This document shows positions 10,594 to 22,497 of a stretch of 64,000 nucleotides of DNA, piece by piece. The translations under genes were made by a program, and so were the position numbers. Under the pieces are notes generated by a model that was not told the origin of the DNA, ran no database searches, and saw only the letters and a program-made list of their open reading frames with translations. Source of the DNA: Podarcis bocagei (taxonomy: Eukaryota). Numbering within the stretch: position 1 is the first letter of the stretch; each line of letters opens with the position of its first letter. Location of the stretch: assembly GCA_964188305.1 (NCBI GenBank), contig OZ076885.1; one strand, written 5' to 3'.

Positions 10594-12412
10594 TATCAGA
10601 ATGCAAGTGCTGATGAAAAGCTGTGCAAGTAGTAGTCTGATTCAGTGCTAATTGCATAATAGGTAGTCCCTGCACAATGCAGCACCTTCAGAAGAGAGAG
10701 CGGGTGGGGAAAGTTGCACCCATATTACTCTCCACCCCCCACTAGAGCACCTACCATTGCTTCTTAGATACCTTTACTTGCTTAGCTCTTTTCCCATAAG
10801 AGCTCCCTTGACACCATTGTTTCTGATGTTCTATGGCGGAAGAAAGCAGTTTAACTGATTTTTGTTGTTGTTGCTGCCAAGTTTCACCTTCTTGTAAATG
10901 CAATTCAAAGGCTTTACCATCTTCACCTCCGCAGTCCTATTGCATCAGTGCTGGGAATCTGGTTATCCATATGAGGAAATAGTGCCACTTCAACTGAAAC
11001 ATGAAACATTTGTGCTTACAGTTGAAGTTGTTGAAGCTTTAAAAATGACAACAAACCAGCATTTTAAGAAAGTAGTATGATCCTGGCATGGGCTGGGAAT
11101 GGGAATGCAGCCGTTTGGGAGACTTTCTGTCTGGATTCTAAAGAACAAATAAGTAAGCAACTTGTATTTATATTGGGTAGAGGGGCTAATGTAGAGAAGA
11201 ATCTTATTGAGGTTCCAGATCTAAACCCACCTGTGGCATTAGAGACTCTTTTGTTCATGATGCACAGTTCTAGAGGAACAAAGTTATAGCCCAACTTGAT
11301 TTGAATTCATAGTATGTTGGGAGAGTAGTCATTGATGCGTAGTCCAGCCATGCAGTGTTAGAAACTGAGATATGAAAATTAGGAGCTAAATGGCACCTTA
11401 AACCTAGGTTATGGTGCAACAACGGAATGTCTAGGCATGCTTTTTTATAACAAGAATACAAAGCTGAAAATGAATGAACTGCAGCTAAAATATTATGTTC
11501 ATTTTTCACATGGTCTAGTCCTTCCCCTGCCCACCCCCCTAATATTCTTAAGAGGGTCTCTTCTCCAGTCTTCAGAGAGTAGCTGGAAGTGGGGAGGCAG
11601 AAAAAGGTCCTCCTTTCCTTCCACTCTGCAGTTTTAATCTGAAATCTTAGGCACAGAACTGCGCCCAGAACTCAGAAACTGCTCTCCCTAATGAAATTCC
11701 CTGTCGCAAAATGCGCCTAGAACAATGGGAGTTTTGAACATTGCAGCCATGGTGTGAGTTGTATAGTTTCCTCTTCTTCATATACCTTCTGCTGGAGAAG
11801 TTTTGTATAATGTCTTGGAGGTATAATTGCTTCACAAGAAGAGCCTCTGTAGATATCAAGCCATCGCCTTTAGGTATTTTCTCAGTTTTACTTTCTTGGC
11901 TCAGCTTTTGTACTTTCTTCTTTTTACCTACACCTATTGGTGCATTTTTCTCCCACGTCGTATCTGCTGTTTGTTCATCCCCTGGTTTTACCTTAACCAA
12001 ATCCTTATTATAGTCTTTCTGAGTGGTTTCCTTCCTGTGGCATTCCAGTTGAAAATCTCTGGGTTCCAGCAGGAGTGGATTCTGTTGCAAGTTGTACTCA
12101 CTTAGAAGTCTGTGCCTTCTTCATCCTGACATAGGGTTGTGGAGGTGCAACTATATACATGACAAAAATAACTATTTTGCTTTAGATATTCCTTTCTATT
12201 CTTTACACTGTGAACTTGCCTGTCTTCTCTGCCTTCTATTGCCTCACTCTTGATCTTTAAGAATTGCCTTTCTGCATATCTCTGTTTCATCACGGTAGCC
12301 CAAAGCTCAGCTGTAATATTATGTGCTTCCTTCTTCCTAAGCAGTTTCTAATTCTGATCTCTCTGTTCCTTTCTTGAAACAATTATGGATTGTCTTTAAT
12401 AATGCATCACTG

Positions 12413-12580
12413 TTAAAGTTAAAGTCTGGTTGGCATCCGTGTGTCTCAGGAGACAATGGAGGAGTGTGCCTCTGGGGGTGAGGTCAAGTTGTTGGAAGGT
12501 TGCATTGCCTGCTGTGGCTGTGGAGACCCATGTGGGAAAGATACGTTTTGTTGCAGCTGGGGCAGAAAGTACCATTTGGG
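12413..12580 (-). mobile_element. RTE-clade LINE 3' end
   Basis: Minus strand encodes GTFCPSCNKTYLSHMGLHSHSRQC (RTE C-terminal Cys/His motif), then CCATTGTCTCCTGAGACACACGGATGCCAAC and a short-repeat tail. Confidence 0.75.
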
Positions 12581-12600
12581 TATATATGCCCCTTTCTGTT

Positions 12601-12605
12601 AGTAA

Positions 12606-12685
<80 letters not shown>

Positions 12686-12716
12686 TTATTATTTATACCC
12701 TGCCCATCTGGCTGAG
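12601..12716 (-). repeat. Compound (TAG)n(TAA)n microsatellite forming the tail of a very short L2 3' end
   Basis: 12695-12714 reverse complement CAGCCAGATGGGCAGGGTAT matches the L2 terminus at 7088-7107. Confidence 0.85.
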
Positions 12717-13731
12717 TAGAAAGCCCAGGCGCTGAAACTAGATTTTGCAACTATCTGAAAAGATCATAAATGGAATGTCACTTTATCTTATGGGTCTTGC
12801 AAGTTAATTTTTTTGATCAAGTGTGAAAGAATTCTCTCCTCAGGAGTCTCTCATAACATGAGATACACTCTTGGGAAAATAGAAATTGTACTGTGATAAC
12901 TTCCATTTCAAGACTGAGGCTGTAATCTTATACCTGCTTACCTGAGAGTGAGCCCCATTCAACTCTAGGAGTTGCTTCTGAGTAGACATGTATATAGGAT
13001 GGGTTGTCAGTCAGTGTCTAAATATAAAACAGTTTTTTCTTAATATTCCTCCCCCCCTCACTTTAGAAGCCAAAAGTAACCACCCTCGCTTATCTTTCTT
13101 TTTGGTTTTTGTTTACTAGCTTATTGTGTGTATGCATATGTGTTTTACCAAGGCACTTCCTCTTTGAAGGCTGCTTTACTCTTGATGATTTTCCTGCATT
13201 GACATTGTTGTTTCTTTAGTACAGGAACAAGCATATACCATCTAATCTGACACATGTTTCTTTATATGTACCCATGGCAAAATGACCATGCATTCATTTT
13301 CCCACATAGAAATAATGTTTGTGTAGATAACAAAACAACATGTTTGGCAGTTTTAACTGCTTGATGAAATATAGTTTGTGTACTTCCTTGTATTTTGTAG
13401 AAAGGACTTGTCTGTTTCAGGAGCCTCTTTGCCTGACAGGTTAAAAACCATACTTCATCTATGAAGAAAAGTAAGAGAGCTGAGGAAATAGGATTGGACT
13501 GTTTCTCTGCCTTTTTTTATTCAACCTTTATTTAGTTATACTAGTTCTGAATTTGGAGAGAGTCTCATCTTGTCTTGCGTATTTTATTGTGTGTCAGGTA
13601 TTCACTGCCTTAATAGATTTTGGATGGGGTTCTGGGTACCTTAATGTGTTGCTGGTTTTCAATGTCCACTCAGGTTTCATCGGCTCTCCTTCAGCTATCT
13701 TCTCCACTAAATGAAACTTTCCCCCTTGCAG

Positions 13732-13775
13732 GGGATTCTGTATTCAGAAGCAATAGTTCACTCAGGAAGTTCTTG
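13732..13775 (+). other. Candidate 44-nt 5'UTR exon of TNKS1BP1
   Basis: Branch-like CACTAA near 13705, acceptor CTTTCCCCCTTGCAG|, donor TTG|GTGAGT, no ATG. Confidence 0.4.
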
Positions 13776-15130
13776 GTGAGTAGGATAAACAGAATGGTAC
13801 CTCAGACACAGGGGTGTGCAAAGTTGCAATAAAGATTTAAGTTAAGGCAAATGAATATGAGGGGAGAGAGGTTATATGAACAAGTAGCTTAGGCAAAAAT
13901 AAGGTCTGGGGCTTTGCAAATGTTGGGCTTAGGTGCTACCAGGCTAGAAGTAGGGGATGGGACTAAGGCGCTGTATCTTTGTAGAAATGAGACAGGGCCT
14001 TTTTGTGGCAGCAGCCTGTCTGTAGAGAGACTAGTCCCATTCTGACGACATTTCGACTGGCAGGGGAAACATTCTTATTCTGCATGGCTTTTAATGGTTC
14101 TCAGTATATGATTGAAGCTTTTAGCTCTGTTCCTTTTAAGTTTTCAGGTTTTGTTTGGCATGTTCTTTTATGTAAACTGCCTCAGGGGACCTTGTTAGGG
14201 CTGAAAAATGATGTTAAAAACATCTTTTATAAATCAAGATTAAACTAGTCAAAGGAGGGGCCTAAGCAGAAAGAGCAGAGGCGGCTGATCTGCCTTCCCT
14301 CATCTGAGGCACTGTGCCTTTAAATCACCCTCGCTTTGGAAGGAGAGGCTTGATGGTCCTATTTTGGCATAATGTATAGATGGAGGCTGAGGAGGGGGCT
14401 GTTTACAATCTTGTGGCTATGCCTTAAATTCAGCTGTATGCCTGTTGTTCCAGCTCTTTCTGTCTTACTGAGGGAGGGGGGGTTACTGGTAGGCCCCCCT
14501 CCTCCTCCTGCCTCATTATGGGGATCAGTTCTGTTAGAACAATCTCTTGAGGCACACACTCCTTGTAACCAAGATGCTGGCTTTGCTTTTCTTTTTTAGC
14601 CAGGGTTTGGCCCTCTCCTGAAATCTAGCGGGAGGCCGTTGCCGTAGTGACAAGAGCAGGCCCCAGCTTTACCTCATTGAATTCCAGGGGCTGTGCCAAA
14701 CGATTGAGAAATCTGGAGGGGGGTGGGAGGGGGAAGTACTCCAGATGTTTGCTCCCTGCTCAGTATATCCGGGTTGGGAGTGTATACAGCTGGGATTGGG
14801 TTGAGCAGAAACTCGGCTTTGCTGTGAAGGGGTGGGAGCAGAAAGGGACTTGGGAAGAGAAAAGGAGATTCTGACTGGAAAAGCAGCCAAATGTTCTGGC
14901 AAAGGGACTGGACCTGGCAAGAGAAAGGCAGGGAAGGAGTGATAGCGAGTTGGCTGGGAAGGACAGGGCGTGGCAGAAAGGTGGAGCAGGGGTGGCCCTG
15001 TGGAGAGTGGAGCAAGTCAGCTAGAAAGCCAAAGTTTTATAAGTTTGAGATTCCCATCCTTTAGCATGACTCATGGCCTGGATATTTGTGGGAGACTTGC
15101 TTCCTTCACCCTTGTTCCAGCCTGCCCTGG

Positions 15131-15302
15131 NNNNNNNNNNNNNNNNNNNNNNNNNNNNNNNNNNNNNNNNNNNNNNNNNNNNNNNNNNNNNNNNNNNNNN
15201 NNNNNNNNNNNNNNNNNNNNNNNNNNNNNNNNNNNNNNNNNNNNNNNNNNNNNNNNNNNNNNNNNNNNNNNNNNNNNNNNNNNNNNNNNNNNNNNNNNNN
15301 NN
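15131..15302. other. Assembly gap (172 N)
   Basis: Run of N. Confidence 1.
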
Positions 15303-15433
15303 GAGGATATTGGAAAACTTGCATTCTGGGAGGAAGCATCTATGGTCTGATGTTGCATTGAAGGTCTTTGCTAGCTTTACAAGTTTTGCAGACTGCCTAA
15401 ACTCCTTTTCCTGTATCCTAGGGGCTGACATTT

Positions 15434-15563
15434 ATGCTGAGTTCAGAGTCCCAGCCCGGTGATGTGATGGACTCTAATCCTCAGTCGCTGTGCTCCCCAT
15501 TTCCCTGTACTGCTGCTAATGGCCGGAGAGGACCCAAACAACTAGCAAGCAGTCCGGAGATAG
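15434..15563 (+). CDS. TNKS1BP1: TNKS1BP1 coding exon 1 (exon begins 15422; alternative ATG at 15467)
   Basis: Acceptor CCTTTTCCTGTATCCTAG| and donor TAG|GTATGC, phase 1. Joins the next exon as SPEI-G-DARPKPPVKPKP. Confidence 0.8.
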
Positions 15564-16439
15564 GTATGCCTTGCATTGTGAGCCTTCAGCTCAGCAGAAC
15601 TGAGTTGATTGTTTGAGAGAGCTAAATATGGGAGATAGTGTGCCAAGTTGCTAGGTATTTAAATTTTTCTGTTTATGTTGGGTGGTGGTGCACCAGAGAA
15701 TGAAGAATGGAGTCAAATAGCAAGCAGAAGAATCACTTAATGCAGCTCTTGAGGGATTGTAGCTCTTCATTCTGAAAGTAGGGGACAACATATTTGAATG
15801 TGTGAAAAACAAAACATGGAAGCTATTGTGTCCAGGAGAAGGTTAACCTTGAACCTTTTTTCCTGACATGCTTGTTTTCTGTGTGCATGGGGGATTCCTC
15901 TTTGCCCCAGGAGGCAGCCCTGCACCTATAATTGAAGTGGTGTCGTCCCTAAAAGTTGCACCACATGGTTCTGCTAATCACGTAAAGGCTCTGATCCCAC
16001 TGCCTGACCTGAGAACAACGGGTGGTATGCAACTAAGTTAGATTCAGAGCAGAGCTATTGAAAGTAATAGAGCTAACTTAGTAATGCTATTACTTTCAGT
16101 GGGTCTACTCTGAATACTACCATTTGCAATTTAAATGCATTCCAAAAACATTTTCATGGCTTCTGTTGGTAATCTTTATTACCACTATTTCTGGTTTAAT
16201 GGACTAGAAGATCCTCTAGCCTGACCTGTGTCCAAAGCTGGATGCAGTTTTAGTGGCTTCTCGGTTTCCTGCAAAATAGTTTGGAAATTTAGCAAGGATT
16301 ATTAGTAGAGCTCATTTTATTTTTATTTTTTGTGTACTTAGGCAATGGATTATTATTTTGATCCATATAATTTAGTTGCCCTGTGTTCTGGTTGAGCTCT
16401 GTATAAAATACATCTTTCCCCACATCCTTTTTTCCTCAG

Positions 16440-17205
16440 GGGATGCCCGTCCAAAGCCACCCGTGAAACCCAAGCCCTGTGTGTTGCCAAAGCCAGCCAT
16501 GCCAGTGAAGCCTGTTCCTGGACAGCGTCAGGCTCTCTCTGAGGTGCCCTCTGCTGAAAAGATCAACTTGTTGGCTGGGCCCAAGCCATATAGTGGTGGG
16601 GCTGGCAATGCTGTTAAGCGTCTTTCTTTTGGTCTAAAGACCTCTCCAAGAGAAGCTACCAATGGAAAGGAGGTTTTGTATCCATTTTCCACCACAGTCA
16701 AACCAGCTGGAGATGGAGAAGGAACTGGGCCTGCAAATAAATCAAGTGCTGTGGAGGGAGCATCCGGAGAGGAGTGTGGAGAGTCCTCCAGTGGTCGCAA
16801 GGGTGCTCTTCCCTTCAAAGTAATACCGGTGCCAGTAGCAGCCAAACCAGAGCGTTTTCCTGGGACCACAGTGGAGGAGATTTTGGCCAAGATGGAGAAG
16901 CCCAACAAAGAAGGGGCAAGCAGCCCTGACAGGCCTCGGCTGGTACGCTCCTTCTTCAGCCAGGATGGTAGCACAGCTGTCCACCTGGGGCCTAAGGGTT
17001 ATGCTGCATTCCGGAGATGTTCCAGTGGAGAAGGGGGTGAAACAGAGTCGGAGGGTCCTGCTTGCAGAGCCTCTTGTGAAGTTGAGGACAGCATATTGTC
17101 AAGGAACAAGGAGGAAATCACAAGCTCACATGGTCAGCATCTGCCTGAATCTGAGCTACCAGCAAGAGCAACGGAGAGAAACTTAGACTTACTCTCTAAG
17201 GACAG
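16440..17205 (+). CDS. TNKS1BP1: TNKS1BP1 coding exon 2
   Basis: KPPVKPKP and EVPSAEKINLLAGPKPY match the TAB182 N-terminus. TTCCTCAG| ... AG|GTGAGG, phase 1 to 2. Confidence 0.93.
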
Positions 17206-18018
17206 GTGAGGTTCAAATTCATTCCACATAATCTTAGATGATCAGCTTTGCAATACATCACAGAGTGCCCTCTGTCAAGGACTGAGATGGGATGCAGGTC
17301 AGCAACTATAGAACAGTGCTAGGAAAATGAAAGCAATACAGTAAATGTGTTTAGAAGGTGACCTGCTGGCAGTTCTTTCTTTGTTCTTTCACATTTGGCT
17401 CTAGCAGAGGTAAATTATTCCTGTGATTTAAGAATGAAAACTGAAGGTTGGCACAACTGAAGGCTACATTCCTGGGCATTACATACATGGCAATAAATAC
17501 CATTGAATTAATCACAACTTGAATTCAATGGCTAGAATTGGGCATGCTTCTCCCAACTATAGTTTCTGTGAAATCTCAGTAATCTTAAATCCTACGATGA
17601 TGTCATGAGTGGTAGCAACTCTTGGGATTTATTTGTAGGTGAGCAGTTGATCAGGCACAGGTAACTGCTTTTAGAAGATCTCTGATGATGCTTGGAGCAT
17701 TTCTACATTGTGGGGGTTGGATTAGATGATAATTGGGGTTCCCCATCTCCTGTTCGTTATGTGATACCTAGTGTTAGGCAGAAAACTCTTTTGTGACAAA
17801 AGTAGCACACAATTCTGTTGAGCAGGCTTTGGGGAAACTGGATCTTCAGATGTTGTTGGACTTCCAGCTAGCTAACATGGCTAATGGTTGGATATTATAG
17901 GATTTGTAGTCCAGCAACATCTGGAGGGTCACAGGTTTTCCATCCCTGCCTTAGAAATACACTTTTTTCCATCAGTAATCAGGCTTGTTTCCTGATGGTG
18001 ATGCAATCTTTCTCTCAG

Positions 18019-18091
18019 CAGCTCCAGTCAACCTAGCATGAGCTGTGATGGAGGCCAACCTGGATATAGCAGTCTACTGTCTCCTCCTGGC
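18019..18091 (+). CDS. TNKS1BP1: TNKS1BP1 coding exon 3 (73 nt, NAGNAG acceptor)
   Basis: TCTTTCTCTCAG|CAG acceptor and GGC|GTGAGT donor. Supplies the required phase 2 to 0 bridge. Confidence 0.8.
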
Positions 18092-19314
18092 GTGAGTTAT
18101 CTGCAGCACGGCAATTCCTCCGCTGGGCTCTCTCCTTCCTGGCTCTCCTCTGTCTCAGGGGTATCTGCCACCTCTCTCCTTCCGGGCTCCCTCTCTGTAG
18201 GGTGCGTGTCTCCTTTCTCTACTAATGCTTCTCTTCAAGAAGAGATTGGTAGCCCAAGCAAACAGTGCACTATCTTGCACTGCTATGGGGTTTCCCAGGC
18301 CATATTTGTTGCTTTTCAGTAACTGGGTATGTCCTTGTCAAAATCCCATGGGCTGGCTTACGTAGGTGCCTGCAGTTTGAAAGATTCAGCCCCTAACCTC
18401 ATGTGCAAGACATGGTGACATCGACTCTGAGGAAGTCTTCATTTTTCTACCTTGCATGGTACAGTTTTGAAAAATCCAGAGCATAATCTTGGCATTTGGT
18501 ATAGCACATAGTGCTCCCACTAACAGTCCCAATACTGCCTTATGCTTTTGGAAGAGTTAGAAAATAAATGAGAAAAATGGATCTGTGACCCTTCAGCTCT
18601 TTAGAGAGCAAACTCTGGCCTAGGCTAGCTAGCTAGCCTGAGCCTAGCCCAGGCAAAGTGTGGAAACCTAATGCAGAATACCAGGCCCTTAGCTAGAGGG
18701 AAGGGAGCAGCTGTGACTCAGTGAATACAATTTGGTGACCTACAAGGTATGTATGAAGCAGATCCCAGCAGCTGGGCCTGTGGCCAAATAATCTAGCAGT
18801 GAAAGCACTATAACCTCTTGCTGCTTGTTCAGGGATGGGTGATGGTAATGATTAACTCCTTTTGCCTCTCCCAGAGGAGGAGGAGGAGGAGGGAAGGAAG
18901 GTCATCAGCCTATTGTGTGATCTACTTAGCTTAGTTCTTCACTTTTCTGAAGGCCTAGTTGGAGAGGAGGCAAGGTCCTGGGGTGGGGCATACAGCCTTG
19001 TTACTGCAACACTTTGAACGATTTCTTCAGCCTCTTTTTTCCCCTTCCTCCATTCTTTGAATTTCCTTTCCTTCTGGCTTCCTTCGGGCAGAAATATTGT
19101 TGGGGAGGGTCTTGTGGGGTCTTGTAGTGAAACCAGAACTTCCAAGACATGAAGGACAATCTCTAAGGTCTAGAAAAAGAGGGAAGAGGTTAGGATTGGA
19201 GGAGACATCCTGTATTCTTTGGGGCTGGAGGGGGACAGATTAGGATGCTCGGGAAGGTTCCAGGGAGGGAGGAATCATATTTTTAAAACCCATTCTTCCC
19301 TTGTTTCTCTCCAG

Positions 19315-20763
19315 GTCTCTCTCCCCAAGACCTATCAACTCCTCACGAAGCTTTCTTCTCGAGTCACTCCTGGGTCCCCTGATGCCCCTGCTGAATCAGC
19401 CCAGTCCCCAGAGAGCCCACATTTTCCAGCAGATGTCCCAAGTGCTAAAGCTCAGCTTCCCCCAGGCTCTCCTGATGCACCTACTGAACCCCCCAGATCT
19501 CCTGTTAAGGTCTCCCTTGGTCATGCCCAGGCTCCAGGTTCCCCTCTTGCCCTATCTGATCCCTGCCCCCCAGGATCCCCCAGTGGTTTCCTAGGACACT
19601 CCTTGTCTTCAGGTCTTGGGGACCTTTCTGCAAGATGTGCTGGGCCATCTGCCAGTTTGACTCATCCTGCTGCTGAGCACAGCCTGGCACCCCCCTGTGG
19701 TCTCCGAGGAGTGTCAGAGTCCCCTGGCTCCCCGAGCACTCCTTCTGAGTACCTTGCTAGTTCTGATAAACCTCCTGGCTCTCCCTCTCATGCACAAGCC
19801 TCCCCCTTACTCTCCAGGGTTAAGGATTCCCTCGACAATCAAGCACCAACATTACCATTTGAGGGTAAAGACCCCCAATTACCTCAACTGGTTCTACGGC
19901 GTGCCTCAGAAGGGGTGTTGCAACCACGGGGTAAAAAAATGGACAAGGAGGAGCTGGGAGGGTCTTTGGCTGTCTTGCCAAGAGGAGGGGACCCAGCTTT
20001 AGAGCAGGCTGCAGGGGGAGAGTCCAACTGGAGCTTGTCACAGTCCTTTGAATGGTCGTTCCCTAACCGGGCTCTTGAGTTTGGTGGAAGGAGACTAGGG
20101 TCTCCTCCAAGGTCTCCCATTGCGGAGGCTGATGATACTGGTCTCTTGGAGGCAGAATTGGATAGAGAGAGCCTCAGCCCCAAAGGGTCTTATAAGGAAA
20201 GAGGTTCAGAGGGCCAGAGAGGAGAGGAGACTGAGGCTTATGGGAGCTTGTTCTGCCACAGCAATTCCAGGAGTTCCCCAGGGATCAGGAGAAAGGCTGA
20301 GGACCAGCTGGAGTCCCCTTCAGCCCTTGAGATATCAGCGCCTGGAGGTCCCTCAACTCTGAGGGAGCCTATTAGCCCCAAGCTCAAGGGCCCTATAGCA
20401 GCAGCAGAGGTTGGTTGTCAAGAGGAGCATGATGGTTTCTTACCCTTTGTCCCAACCCCTGAGGAAGGGGCTTTAAGGGCAATGGAGCCGTTGCCAAGTG
20501 TAGAGCAGGCTGCCCCTCCTGCAGAGCCTTGCATCTTATTCTCTGAAGATGTCCAGGTGCGGACAGCTGCTTCCTGCCAAGAAGATGATGGTGCTGTAGG
20601 TCTGGCACGTGAAGGCAAGTTGGGGGTTGCTGACCCCGAAAGGAGGGCTGACCCTGATCCAGGCTCACACTGGCTTGATGAACTGCTGGCATCTCCTCCG
20701 CCTAGTGCTGATGACATAAAGAAGAGAAGTACGCCCAAGTCAGAAGACCCTACAGGACCGGAG
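19315..20763 (+). CDS. TNKS1BP1: TNKS1BP1 coding exon 4
   Basis: Motifs LRRASEGVLQP, GESNWSLSQSFEWSFP and HWLDELLASPPPS. Canonical splice sites, phase 0 to 0. Confidence 0.93.
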
Positions 20764-22497
20764 GTAAAGGAACTGTATTTAGTGTGGGGATGGGTGGTTG
20801 GCTGAAGACCACAAAACGGGTTGCAAGGAGACAGTTCTACTGGCTTCCTATTTCTAGTGCTTTTAGAACCTGGTAAGAAGGCATTAAATGGGCACAAGCA
20901 TGGCTAGGTGAATGTGCATTCCTGCCCAGTTAAATAACAGAGACTGAACTTGTCTTTGGGAAGGGCGGGTCTTGGTTTTTAAGTAAGCCGCAAAAGTGGC
21001 TGAACAGGTTAGATGGCTGCAGAGCGTGCAAAAGAGGAGGCTGAGCCAAAAGGTGCTGCTGCGTGGGTAATCCTCCAGTCATCCTGGGTGGAGCAGCTTC
21101 CCTCACCTTCCTGAATCCAGCCTGCCCGTACACATCAAAGTTACTTTTGTCTGTTTGGTTGGCCCTCTTTGCCACCAAGAAATTGTGCCTTGAGCTCCAG
21201 CAGACTCAGCCTAAGAATGAATTGGTGCTTCTTAGTTTGGTAGGGCTCCATAGCTATGTAGCTACAAGGCACATCACTTAATGAACTGGGTTGTATACCA
21301 AAACTAATGTGCATACCTTGGTAGGCTCACATGCTCTAGCGAACAAGAATTAACTGTTCATTAGGTGGTTATAATAGGGGGTGCTTCTGAAAGCCCAAAA
21401 GTCTCACAGTCTGATCAGGCTTGCAAGGGGGTTCTTTGCCAGTGAACAATTCAGTACCAGTGGCTACTAGTTTGTTTTCCTGGCCATATAAGTACCTCTT
21501 TAATCTTCCTTGCATTCTACCAATATGGAACTTGCCAAAATTCCAAATTATTTTTGAAAACTAATTTTTAACAGGCACGTTTCAAGCTATAATTTCCTTA
21601 CATAGAAAACACTTCTATGTAGGAAACTGAGCAAGCATGAAAGACCAAAGAAAGAATTGCCACCAGGTCCCCCTCCATGCACATTTACGTAAATAATTGT
21701 TTCTATACTAAATGCATGAAACTTCCTTCATCTACACATGAGTGGCTGATTACCAAGTGCAGGCTTATCACTCTATGTATGGTCAATTTTTTTTTAATTG
21801 TATATAGCCAAAAGCCTTTACAATGGATGACAGAGAATAAAAGGAAAACTTTCCTCTAAAATCATACATGTGGGTTTGATATATTTTTCCATTTGGAGGA
21901 ACTTTCTAAATGGAAGATTGCAGTGTTAGGAACATAGGAATCTGCCTTAGACTGAACCAAGACCATTGATCCCTCTAGTTCATGTCTAGTTTAGACCTGG
22001 GACCCATTTTTAGTTCAAACATGCTTTTGGGCATAAGCATCTTAATTTTTTACTACATATTTATAAGGTTGTGATGTAGTTGTTGTGCCCACCTTAAGTC
22101 ATGTTGATCTGGTAGTAGATCTGGCACATTTTTGAAGATATAATGGTCTACACTGACCAGCTGCTCTCCAAGGTTTTGGACAGGGATCTTTACCAGCCCA
22201 GTCTGTGGATGGCAGGGATTGAACCTGGCACTTTTACATGCAAAACGTGCTGCTACCCAGTAATGGCCCTTTCCTAAATTGTGCATGTTAAGTGAAATAT
22301 ATTCAAACTGGTTAAAAAATAATAATACAGGAAGGGCTTAGTGAATTTACATTTTCAGTTTCTGTCTCTTTAATGTATTTCTCATATTGGACTGTTGGGA
22401 GAAGGGACATCTTTACTAGATCAGATCCCCACTAAATTTGGCTCACTGTCCCATGCCTTTCTAATGTTGCTTTATTTTCCTCGCCTTTCTTTATTAG

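Noticed and set aside
14970-15462. Several ORFs spanning the N run
   Set aside because: Artefacts of the assembly gap.
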